DNA from: an uncultured delta proteobacterium
Lineage (GTDB): Bacteria > Desulfobacterota > Binatia > UBA9968
Direction: 5' to 3'
DNA: 64,000 bases
NCBI GenBank assembly: GCA_963816145.1
Contig: CAWFJP010000002.1
Coordinates: forward strand, 160,001 to 224,000
Positions 9,141 to 18,096 of this stretch are shown piece after piece. Position numbers and translations under genes: made by a program. The notes under the pieces are model-generated. The model did no database searches and had not been told where the DNA came from. It was given only the letters and a program-made list of their open reading frames with translations. Within the stretch, counting starts at the first letter, position 1; each line of letters begins with the position of its first letter.

Positions 9141-10724
9141 CTAGTTGGCGCGGGCGAGGCTGTCCAGGGTGGTTTTCGCCTGGCGGGCCTTTTCGGCGTC
9201 GCCGAGAGCGCTGTAGACTTCGGTCAATAGGCGATAGATCAGCGGATGATACGGATTTAACTGGATCGCTTCTTCGAGAACGACCCGGGCGTCTTGGAAA
9301 TTTTTCGTTGCAAGATAGCCGCGCCCCAATTGTACGTAGGTAGTCGAGCTATCCGGCTCGATCTCCAGGGCTTTCTTCAACAGGGCGACGGCGTCATCGG
9401 CGCGGTTTTGCTCGATCAGCACGCGGCCGAGTTTGTTCAAGATCACTGGCGACTGCGGGCTTGCTTGCAGGGCGCGCTGGTACTCGTTCAATGCCGCCAC
9501 CGGGCGGCCCTTGGCGAGCATCTGGTCGGCTAAATGGGTGCGGTTGCGCGCGATCGCGGATTGAATTTCGCGCAGTTCGACCACTTCTTCATCCTCGCTT
9601 TGATCTTTTTTGACGCGCAAGCGGCGCACCCGCGTGCCTTCGATGGGCTTCAAACCTTTGGCTTTGAGAAATGCCTTCCACTTGGTCTCGAAGGCGTCGA
9701 AGCCCATGCCGTAGACTTTTTCCACCGCTTCCGGCGTCGGTTTGTCTTTGAGCGTGGCGAGCAGGTCGCGCACGCCGGCTTTGCCTTTGCTCTGATTGAT
9801 GAAATCGACGGCGGAAGCGGCTTCGGCGTAGGCGAGCTGGACTTGTTCGGGCGTGTCCAAGTGAATCAGCGACGGTTCCATTTTCTTAAAACCGACGAAT
9901 TGGTTTTTTTCCAGCGCTTGCACGAGCAATGTCTGATTGGCCGGAGTCAAGTAATCCTCATGGCCTTCTTTGGCCGGCGCCGGTTTGCGCCAGCGGGTTT
10001 CGTAAAAGCGCGCCATGCCCTCGTGCAGCCAAATCGGCGCTTGGTTGTTCGACAAGGAGACGATGGCGTAGTGCAGATACTCATGGCTCAGCGAATCGAC
10101 CCAGCGATAACCGAAACTCAGCGCCCGCGGTGAGATGATCATCAGTTTGTTGAACTTACAGATGCCGACGGCGCCGGTCTCTTCGATGTCGCGCAGCGAA
10201 AGCGTCGAGATGGCGTTGAAACTGGTCGCGTCTGGCGCCACTTCAACCCGGACCTTCTCCTTGGGAAAGTAGCCCAGTTCAGCGCCGATCGCTTCGTAGG
10301 TTTTTTCCAGGGCATCGAGGGCGTGGGGCACCAGGATGGCGTCGCGTTTCTCGTCGACGAACAGAATGAAGTGAGCGCTCTCGTAACGCTTGAACGATTT
10401 ATGAACGTCGAGGGTCAGCTGGGTGAGCAGCTTCATCGCCTGACGCCGCGGGTCTTTCGAATCGATGGCCAGAGCGCGGTCGAGCACGGTCAGCGCTTCT
10501 TGGTAGCGGCCTTGATAGAACTTGATGCGGCCGTCGAACTCCAAAGCGGCGGCGGATTTGGGATTATCCTTGAGCGCCTTGGCGGCGATGGTTTCGGCTT
10601 CCGGGAAGCGCCAAGCTTCAAGAATGTCTTCGCCGGCCTTGAACTCCCGCTCGGCTTCGGCAGCGGAGAGCGGGCCGGCCCATAGGCAGAGGAAAATGAG
10701 AAGAGGCGCAATTCGGTACTTCAA
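9141..10724 (-). CDS. Secreted TPR protein with peptidase MA (gluzincin)-like domain
   Basis: Signal peptide, TPR-like repeats at both ends, HEYLH followed by WLHEGMA. Confidence 0.8.
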   Translation of the reverse strand: MKYRIAPLLIFLCLWAGPLSAAEAEREFKAGEDILEAWRFPEAETIAAKALKDNPKSAAALEFDGRIKFYQGRYQEALTVLDRALAIDSKDPRRQAMKLLTQLTLDVHKSFKRYESAHFILFVDEKRDAILVPHALDALEKTYEAIGAELGYFPKEKVRVEVAPDATSFNAISTLSLRDIEETGAVGICKFNKLMIISPRALSFGYRWVDSLSHEYLHYAIVSLSNNQAPIWLHEGMARFYETRWRKPAPAKEGHEDYLTPANQTLLVQALEKNQFVGFKKMEPSLIHLDTPEQVQLAYAEAASAVDFINQSKGKAGVRDLLATLKDKPTPEAVEKVYGMGFDAFETKWKAFLKAKGLKPIEGTRVRRLRVKKDQSEDEEVVELREIQSAIARNRTHLADQMLAKGRPVAALNEYQRALQASPQSPVILNKLGRVLIEQNRADDAVALLKKALEIEPDSSTTYVQLGRGYLATKNFQDARVVLEEAIQLNPYHPLIYRLLTEVYSALGDAEKARQAKTTLDSLARAN

Positions 10725-10731
10725 GCGGCGA

Positions 10732-13700
10732 TCACTCGGAAAGATTTTTAAAATAGCGCTCGATCTGCTCTTTCATCTGCCGAGGCACGCCCTGCTTGAG
10801 AGAATCGAGAATTTCTTCGCGGAAGTTGCGCGGTGCTTTGTATTCTTCTTTGCCGGGCAGGCGGAATTTTTCCGTGTCGAGCCCGGTGAAGCCCTGTTCA
10901 AAGTCGAACTCGGGAAATTGCGGCATGCCCGGCAGCGGCGTCAGGCTGCCGAAGGGCATGAAGCGCCCTGGGCCGCCCTGGCGGAACAAACGGGCCATCG
11001 GCATGTTGCCCATTTGCCCGCGCTGGGCCATCTGCTGCATGGACTGCTGCATCTGCTGCTGCGATTGGGCCAATCGTTCGAGCGCTGTGCGCTCCGGCGG
11101 CACCGCGCCGCGGGAGTCGAGCTGGCCCAAGCGGCCCTGAGCACTGCTCATCGCTTGGCCAGCTTCGCCGATTCCCTGCACGATCTTGGGATCGAGCTGG
11201 GGAAAGAGCTGAAACAGCGATTCCAACTTTTCATGCAGCGTCTCGGTCCGTTCTTTCAAGACATCTTGGCGCTGGGCTAGTTCGCGGAGCGCGCGTTTAT
11301 CGGCGTCGCTCAAGGCTTGCGCCGGTTCGTTGAGCAACGTCTCTAACTCCTTTTTAATGTCGCTGATACTTTTGTCAGCCCGCTGGGCTCTCGGCTCCTG
11401 CACCGGCGTGCGCTTCTTCGCCAGCTCCTTGCGGATGTAACCGTCGCCTTCGTTGAAACCGGGAAAATCCTTCTGACTGAGCTTGGCGATCAAGTTGCGC
11501 AAGAGCGCGTTCATGGTGGCGTCGTCCAAATTGGTGAGCAGGTTGGGATCGTCGGGTCCCTCGCGGTCCGGGAACAACTCAGTGAGTTTGCCGAGCTCGG
11601 CGATGGAGCGGGCCAGGAACTGCTCCAACTTCGACTTCAATGCGGCGTCGCGTTCGGTGAGGCCGGCGCTATTAAGGTTTTCGGTGTTGACCAAGATTTC
11701 CTGCTGCTCGCGGGCGATCTCCTGTAGCTCGCTGGTCTGGCGCTGCATTTCGCCCTGCATGCGCCCCATGCTGGAGGCCATTTGCGAGCGCTGCATGTTT
11801 TGCATCGCCGCGACCATCTGCGCCATCTGGTTGAACAGCTCGCGCGCCAGCTGGCGTGCGCCTTCGATATCGCCGGCCTGGAGCTTTTTACGGATCTCGT
11901 CGAGGGCCTTGAACATCTGGTCCATGCCGAGCCCCTGCATCTGCTCGGCGTTCATAAAATCGTCGGGCATCTGCTGGGCCAACTGCGCCATCGCCTGCTG
12001 CAGGTCCATCAGCGATTTGGCCATATCGGCGATCTGCTTCATGATCGCATCGAGATTCTTGTCGCCGCTTTGCAGCTTGTCGAGAGAATCCATCAGCCGC
12101 TCTTGGTTGCGCGCCAAATCCTGCGCCGTCGAAGCGAGTTCCTGGGCCTTCATGCGCTTGCCGATGTCCTCGGATAGCAGCGACATGCGCTCTAGCTCGG
12201 CCGATATCTCGTCGCGTGTTTTAAGCTTATCGTCCGTCGTAGCGGCTTGCTCTTGTTTGCGCAAGAGTTCCTCTTGGGTGAACTCGAGATTGCGCTTGAG
12301 CGCCTGAAGGTCGGAGTAGGTCGCGAAATCGGTCATGCGGTCCTTTTCCGTGCGCCGCATGATCTCTTCGGTGCGCTTAGCGGCGTCGGCGAGGTTCTGC
12401 TCGAAACGCTGTTGGGTTTCTTGAGACAGCGGCGTCGGCTTTTCGCCGGGATTGGGCGTCTCCAAATGATCGGCCAACAGATTCATCATGCGCGCGTTCA
12501 AGTCCTTGACCATCTCGGCGATCTGCTGGTGTTCGCCTTTCAAGTTCTTCAACTTCAAGCGCACCGATTTTGAAGTCCCCAGTTTGGGACCGGAGATGGT
12601 ATCGTTGTCGAACACTTGCAGGAAAAATACCGCGTCGTCTTGGTCGCGCAGGCCGAGCCGGCCCAAATCCCATTTATATTGATCGCGCAGGATCAGCCGC
12701 TTGGCGTCGTCCCTGGCGAGACGAATCTTATCTTCGCGGTCGCCGATCTTGACGATGAGATTGACCTCGGCGATGCCGAAATCGTCGCGCGCGCTATATT
12801 CCAAATTCAAAACCTCGTCGCCGTTGATTTCCAGGTCCTCCGTCGGCCGGAGCAGATCGACGGTGGGGAAGCCATCGGGTTTGACCCGCAGCTCGTAGCT
12901 GATCGGCGAGTTCTTAAAGCCGTGGCTGTCTTCGACCAGTATTCGATACGACTGCGACTGAAACAGCACAAGATTCGCTTGCAACTTACGGCCGTCGATC
13001 TTGAGCGGAATCTTCTTGCCGTCGTCCATGACGATCTCGGCTTTGACGACATCTTTGGTCGTCACCGCATCGAGGCGCACTGACGAGCCCTTGAGTCCTT
13101 CGATGCTGCCCTCCGGCGACGAGATCGAACCTAGGCCGGTGTAGGCCGGGGGATAGAGCATGAGCTGAACGTTGGCGATCTCCGGGGTGTCCACCGCTTC
13201 GGCGGTGAAGGTAGCCGAAGTGAAAGCGCCGGTCACCACCCGGTAGCGCAGGGTCTTGTCGAGGCGGGCGATTTTGCTTGAAAACTTGCCGCCGCCAAGA
13301 TTTTCCATGGCGACCTTTTCCTGGCCGATCAGCTCGCCCTTGGCATTGGTGCCTTGCCAGGTGATCAGTTCGAGAGACTGCGGTAGCGCGCCTGCGGTGG
13401 CGGCTTGGATCGTCACCGGGCTGCCGCGAACCACGCGAAACCCCTTGGGTTCGACATCTATTGTCGTTTGGCTCGGCGGCAGATGCTCCAGCGGATTCGC
13501 CAACATATTCAATGTCCCGCCGACCCACGATGGATTGAGAATGATGCTAGCCAACACCGGGACAATCAAAAACCCCAGCAGCCTGGCGCTAGAGCGAATC
13601 CGGCTGTGGTCGAGTAATTCGTCGATCTTGAGCGCTGCGACCTGCTTGCGGGTCGCGCGCAAGAGCGCGAACACCATGGTTGCCGAAAAGCCGGGAGTGT

Positions 13701-14052
13701 TCTTGGCCTCGGCAACCTGCGGGTAAAGTTGCAGCGAGTTGATTAAGTTGTTGCGCAGCTTGGGCTGCTTCTGTTCGATATAGAGCGCCGCGCGCTCCTG
13801 CGATAAGCGGCCGAGAAAGCGCCACAAAGTCCAGCTGATGGCGGCGAGAAGCACTATGCCAGTCAATATGGAGTAGACGATGGGCGCGTAGGGGAGGAGC
13901 TGGCGCAGTTGATAGATACCGAGACCGGCGCCGAACAACAGCACGGCACAGATCGCCGTGAGGCAGATACCCTCAATTCCTTGGAGCAGCTTGAAGCGTC
14001 GGCTGAAGCGCTTCAGGAACGAAGAAAGCTCTTGATATTCTTCCTGTCCCAT
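10732..14052 (-). CDS. DUF4175-family large membrane-anchored coiled-coil protein
   Basis: N-terminal TMs, Ig-like region with ARDDFGI, long Q/M/E-rich helical region, C-terminal IERYFKNL. Confidence 0.7.
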   Translation of the reverse strand: MGQEEYQELSSFLKRFSRRFKLLQGIEGICLTAICAVLLFGAGLGIYQLRQLLPYAPIVYSILTGIVLLAAISWTLWRFLGRLSQERAALYIEQKQPKLRNNLINSLQLYPQVAEAKNTPGFSATMVFALLRATRKQVAALKIDELLDHSRIRSSARLLGFLIVPVLASIILNPSWVGGTLNMLANPLEHLPPSQTTIDVEPKGFRVVRGSPVTIQAATAGALPQSLELITWQGTNAKGELIGQEKVAMENLGGGKFSSKIARLDKTLRYRVVTGAFTSATFTAEAVDTPEIANVQLMLYPPAYTGLGSISSPEGSIEGLKGSSVRLDAVTTKDVVKAEIVMDDGKKIPLKIDGRKLQANLVLFQSQSYRILVEDSHGFKNSPISYELRVKPDGFPTVDLLRPTEDLEINGDEVLNLEYSARDDFGIAEVNLIVKIGDREDKIRLARDDAKRLILRDQYKWDLGRLGLRDQDDAVFFLQVFDNDTISGPKLGTSKSVRLKLKNLKGEHQQIAEMVKDLNARMMNLLADHLETPNPGEKPTPLSQETQQRFEQNLADAAKRTEEIMRRTEKDRMTDFATYSDLQALKRNLEFTQEELLRKQEQAATTDDKLKTRDEISAELERMSLLSEDIGKRMKAQELASTAQDLARNQERLMDSLDKLQSGDKNLDAIMKQIADMAKSLMDLQQAMAQLAQQMPDDFMNAEQMQGLGMDQMFKALDEIRKKLQAGDIEGARQLARELFNQMAQMVAAMQNMQRSQMASSMGRMQGEMQRQTSELQEIAREQQEILVNTENLNSAGLTERDAALKSKLEQFLARSIAELGKLTELFPDREGPDDPNLLTNLDDATMNALLRNLIAKLSQKDFPGFNEGDGYIRKELAKKRTPVQEPRAQRADKSISDIKKELETLLNEPAQALSDADKRALRELAQRQDVLKERTETLHEKLESLFQLFPQLDPKIVQGIGEAGQAMSSAQGRLGQLDSRGAVPPERTALERLAQSQQQMQQSMQQMAQRGQMGNMPMARLFRQGGPGRFMPFGSLTPLPGMPQFPEFDFEQGFTGLDTEKFRLPGKEEYKAPRNFREEILDSLKQGVPRQMKEQIERYFKNLSE

Positions 14053-14243
14053 GACGGTTGGACCGAGGGCATCTTATCCCCGTTTCGGGGAGGAAGTCCA
14101 TCCCGCGCGGCGGCATTTTTTGCTTGTTAAGCGGTGCGACGGAGGCGTGAAGGCCTGTCGTCAGCGGAAATACTCTAGCGCGGTGCCGGCGCAAGCGAAA
14201 TTCGGAAGTTCTTGCGCAAAGCAGGCAAAAAAACAGGGAATCA

Positions 14244-14345
14244 GTCATTACGACCGAAGGGAGAAATTTTTCTGAGATCCCTCGGGTTGCCACACGAAGA
14301 CCGGCCAAGGCCCGTCACTTTGCGACCTTGGCGTTCTTGGCGCGT
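14244..14345. repeat. Degenerate REP-like repeat cluster
   Basis: gtcattacgaccgaagggagaaat nearly identical to the copy at about 26902 and to an inverted copy at about 48884; also ctttgcgaccttggcgttcttggcg. Confidence 0.6.
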
Positions 14346-14680
14346 GATGTCTCCCAGTCCGGGACGTTTTAGACGCAGAAGAGAAGAGTTAGGGTCGGGT
14401 AATGCGAATTTCAAACCATCGTATAGGTGCCGCCAAATAGGCGTAGGGAGTCGCGACCGATCTGCGCTGGCCCAGTGCTTCGACGGTGCAAGTGAATAGC
14501 GCCAATAGCGAAATCCAAACCAACGGGTAAGTTGGTTTTATCGACGATCCGCCAATTTTATGTGCAGCTCAAGATGGTCACGACTTTTACCCAACTACGG
14601 CCAAGAAGCCGGTGCTTGGGCGATGCTAGCGTGAGCGGGTCGGGGCATTCAGTGAGTGGCAACGGCTATCCGCATATGTT

Positions 14681-16321
14681 ATGGGAATCGGATACTTAAA
14701 TGACTCTGAGAAGATGCAGAAAGGACTAGTAGCGCGCATGGATAATGTAGTGAACGAAGAAGAGCTGAGATTGCATGAAGGACATGATGAGGACTTTGAC
14801 GATGACGAAGCGATGATGGATGAAAACCATCCGATGTGGCGGTCGGAGCGGATCACGCTGAACTCCGTCGGCATCGATATCGGCTCGTCGACTTCACATT
14901 TGATCTTTTCCCGATTGACGCTGCGGCGCCAGGGCGTGGCGTTGTCCTCGCGATTCGTCGTGGTCAACCGCGAGATTATCCATGAGTCGCCGATCTTGCT
15001 TACCCCTTATGTCGACAAGACGACCATCGACACCAACAAGCTGGGCGATTTCATCCATGAAGCCTATCGGGTCTCCGGGTTGACGCCTGAGGACATCGAC
15101 ACCGGTGCGGTCATTGTTACCGGCGAAGCGGTGAAAAAGAAAAATGCCGAAGCGATCGCCGCGCTGTTTTCCGCCGAGGCGGGGAAATTTATTTGCGCCA
15201 CGGCTGGGCATAACTTGGAGTCGATCTTGGCGGCTTACGGATCGGGCGCAGTGCATATGACCTATCATGAGGGCGGGGATTTCACGGTCATGAATGTCGA
15301 CATCGGCGGCGGCACTAGCAAGGTCGCCATCGTTAAAGAGGGCCGGGTGATCGACACCTGCGCCGTCGAAGTAGGCGCCCGGCTGGTGGCCATGGATGAA
15401 AACGGCGTCATTACCCGTCTCGAAGACACGGCGCTCAAGTTCGCCAAGATGGCCGGCATCGACGGCCTCAAGCTGGGCGGTACCATGAGCGAGGAGCAAA
15501 AGGACAAGTTCTCAGAGAAACTGAGCGATTCGCTGTTCGAAGTCTTGGAGCGCGGCAAGTTGTCGCCGGAGGTGGAGAACCTCCTGCTCACGCCCAACAT
15601 CGAATACAGCGATCCGATCCACGCGGTGATGTTCTCAGGCGGTGTCTCCGAGTTCGTTTACGGCTACGAAAAACGCAATTTGGGCGATCTCGGCGCCTAT
15701 CTCGGCAAGAAGGTGCGGTTGAAGGCCAACCAATTGGGTGGCGGCAAGATCCCCCTGCGGCCGGCCGAAGTGCGGATTCGCGCCACGGTCATCGGCGCGT
15801 CGCAGTACACTGTGCAGGTGAGCGGCAACACTATCTATTTGTCACATCCGGAACTACTACCGTTGCGCAACCTACAAGTCGTCACGCCGCAGTTCGAGCA
15901 GAAAGAATCGATCAGCGTGACCGAAGTCAAAGAGGCGGTGGAACGGGCGCTGCAGCGCTTTGACGCCGACGATATTGACCGTTCGGTGGCGTTGGCGATC
16001 CGCTGGGAGTTGGGACCTTCTTATCCTTTGATTCGCACTCTAGCCGAGGGCTTGGTCCAGGCGATGAAGGGCCACATCGACAACGGCCAGCCGTTGGTTT
16101 TGGTCTTCGACGCTGATATCGCCAAGCTGATGGGTAATATCATCGAGCGCGAACTGATTCCGGGCGCGGGGATTATCTCCATCGACGGTATCGATCTGAA
16201 GGATTTCGATTTCGTCGATATCGGTCAAGAGTTGCCCGATGCCAAAGCAGTGCCGGTGGTGATCAAGTCACTGATCTTCCGCAACACCGAGCATGGCCGC
16301 GGCCATCATTCGCAGCATTAA
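14681..16321 (+). CDS. eutA: EutA-like (ethanolamine ammonia-lyase reactivase family) ASKHA ATPase; alternative start at 14738
   Basis: VGIDIGSSTSH, VTGEA, ATAGHNLES, NVDIGGGTSK, FSGGV, IRATVIGAS, VPVVIKSLIF. Confidence 0.8.
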   Translation: MGIGYLNDSEKMQKGLVARMDNVVNEEELRLHEGHDEDFDDDEAMMDENHPMWRSERITLNSVGIDIGSSTSHLIFSRLTLRRQGVALSSRFVVVNREIIHESPILLTPYVDKTTIDTNKLGDFIHEAYRVSGLTPEDIDTGAVIVTGEAVKKKNAEAIAALFSAEAGKFICATAGHNLESILAAYGSGAVHMTYHEGGDFTVMNVDIGGGTSKVAIVKEGRVIDTCAVEVGARLVAMDENGVITRLEDTALKFAKMAGIDGLKLGGTMSEEQKDKFSEKLSDSLFEVLERGKLSPEVENLLLTPNIEYSDPIHAVMFSGGVSEFVYGYEKRNLGDLGAYLGKKVRLKANQLGGGKIPLRPAEVRIRATVIGASQYTVQVSGNTIYLSHPELLPLRNLQVVTPQFEQKESISVTEVKEAVERALQRFDADDIDRSVALAIRWELGPSYPLIRTLAEGLVQAMKGHIDNGQPLVLVFDADIAKLMGNIIERELIPGAGIISIDGIDLKDFDFVDIGQELPDAKAVPVVIKSLIFRNTEHGRGHHSQH

Positions 16322-16327
16322 CCACTC

Positions 16328-16413
16328 AATCGAGGATAGTGATGATGGAGTATAGAAGATCGCCCGGATTGGTTGGGACTATCAATCCTCCATCGTCGAT
16401 CCGTCATCCTCGG
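16328..16413. repeat. Degenerate inverted heptamer repeat hairpin
   Basis: (atcgagg/atggagt/atagaag) facing (atcctcc/atcgtcg/atcctcg). Confidence 0.5.
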
Positions 16414-16500
16414 CCTGTTCTGACATTTTGTCACATTGACTTCCGGCGGGATTTCTAATATTTTTTTTGAAAATCCTTAAAATACGAGTGTTTAACTTTT

Positions 16501-16686
16501 ATGGAAGAACCAAGCGGACTGCACAACTTTCTCGAGATCGTGACCAAACCCGACAACATTCCGATCGTCGCGATGTTGATCCTGGTGGTCTTTTTTACTT
16601 GGCTTGGACTGAAGGAAGCCTTTAAGAACGACAAGCTGATTGACGAAGGTAGAGAAGACGAGATTCCCAACGAAATGTGGAAATAA
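16501..16686 (+). CDS. Small single-TM membrane protein with KPDNIPIV motif
   Basis: 61 aa, one TM helix, stop directly abuts the next start (TAA ATG). Confidence 0.7.
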   Translation: MEEPSGLHNFLEIVTKPDNIPIVAMLILVVFFTWLGLKEAFKNDKLIDEGREDEIPNEMWK

Positions 16687-17532
16687 ATGGCGCATAAGTG
16701 GCTGGCGGTGCTAACCGCTGCCCTCGCAATCGCTTCAGCGATTCCTTTCTCCCTCGCCGCCGAATTCACCGCCCCTTTCGCAAACGACAAACGCTGGGAA
16801 CAGGCGCGTAAGGATCTTGCCCAGGGTAAGGCCGCCGAAGCTAAAGCCGCATTCGAGGAGCTGCTCAGGCAATATCCCAATGACGCCGACTTGCACCTAT
16901 TCCTGGGCATGTCGCTGTTACGGCTGCGCGATCCCCAGGCGGCGATCTTGTCGATCAAGCGGGCGATCGGCATTAACGGCGATCATGTCGATGCCCGAAC
17001 CCTGTTGGGCTATGTCGAGTTGGAAATCCGCGGCGATGCCGCGGCGGCAATCAAAGAATACCGCAAGGTCATTGAGCTGCGGCCCAACTCGCCCGAGGCC
17101 CATATCAATCTGGCGGTGGCGCAAAAAAAACAAGGCGAGCTCGACGCCGCGGTCGTCAGTTTGAATAAGGCGCTCGAACTCAAACCCGACAGTGTTGGCG
17201 CGCTGACGACACGGGGTAGTATTTTCGCCGAACTCGGCAAATGGAGCGAAGCCCGGCGTGATTTCGAGCAAGCGCTCAAGATCGATCCAAACGACGACGG
17301 CGCGCTCTACGGCCTGTCGCAGGCGTTGCGCGAGGCCAAGGAGTATGCCGGCGCCCAGAGGGCGTTGAGCGATTTGATTTCCCGGTCGGGAAATTTCGTT
17401 TATTGGCTCGAGTGGGGCCGCATTGTGATGATCCGTTATTGGTGGGTGCTTTTGCTGGTGGCAATCGGTTGGGCGGCCAAGGGCAGGTTAAGGGGCAAGT
17501 TCATGAAAGCGAGGACGGAAGCGAATGGCTGA
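16687..17532 (+). CDS. TPR protein with signal peptide and C-terminal TM
   Basis: Multiple TPR-like helical repeats; hydrophobic YWWVLLLVAIGW near the C-terminus. Confidence 0.85.
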   Translation: MAHKWLAVLTAALAIASAIPFSLAAEFTAPFANDKRWEQARKDLAQGKAAEAKAAFEELLRQYPNDADLHLFLGMSLLRLRDPQAAILSIKRAIGINGDHVDARTLLGYVELEIRGDAAAAIKEYRKVIELRPNSPEAHINLAVAQKKQGELDAAVVSLNKALELKPDSVGALTTRGSIFAELGKWSEARRDFEQALKIDPNDDGALYGLSQALREAKEYAGAQRALSDLISRSGNFVYWLEWGRIVMIRYWWVLLLVAIGWAAKGRLRGKFMKARTEANG

Positions 17533-18070
17533 GGCAAAAAAACGCAAAGGTACGGCCCTATTGGCGGTGATGGACGAGAACTGTTCGAGCTGTGCGGGAT
17601 CGCCGATCTGTGAAGCCCACTGTCCGGTGGACGAATGCATCAATCTACTCTATGAGGAGCTGCCTGGCGGCGGTTTGAAGCCCTATCGGGTTTTTGTCGA
17701 CAACGACAAATGCATCGGTTGCCAGATGTGTTTCAGCGACGATCTCACCAAAGTCCAGCAGCATAAAGAAACCGGCGAGATATTCTATGAATACGCCAAC
17801 AAGTTCTACGACGCCAACCGCAAGCCCGTCGATGCCGATGCCGTGCCTAAACGTATTCAACTGCAGCTGATCGGCACGGAGTCGGAAGACCGTCTGGACA
17901 AGAAAATCTGCCCTTGGGACGCCATCAAGATGTATGAGTTCGATGAGGGTTTGGTGCAGTCGGAGTATTTTTACGATCAGAGCAAACTCAAGCAGGTCAA
18001 CGGTATGTACGTCATCGACGCCGAGGAAAAGGCCCGCTTGGAAGACAAACAGAGCGACCTCTACGATTAA
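17525..18070 (+). CDS. 4Fe-4S ferredoxin-like protein with large insertion
   Basis: CSSCAGSPICEAHCP and CIGCQMC...CPWDAI. Confidence 0.8.
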   Translation: MAEAKKRKGTALLAVMDENCSSCAGSPICEAHCPVDECINLLYEELPGGGLKPYRVFVDNDKCIGCQMCFSDDLTKVQQHKETGEIFYEYANKFYDANRKPVDADAVPKRIQLQLIGTESEDRLDKKICPWDAIKMYEFDEGLVQSEYFYDQSKLKQVNGMYVIDAEEKARLEDKQSDLYD

Positions 18071-18096
18071 GCCGGCAACCTAGGGAGCCAACACAT

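Noticed and set aside
14340-14680. Possible cobalamin riboswitch upstream of the eutA-like gene
   Set aside because: No B12-box or other recognisable conserved cobalamin riboswitch elements were found by eye; an Rfam scan would be needed
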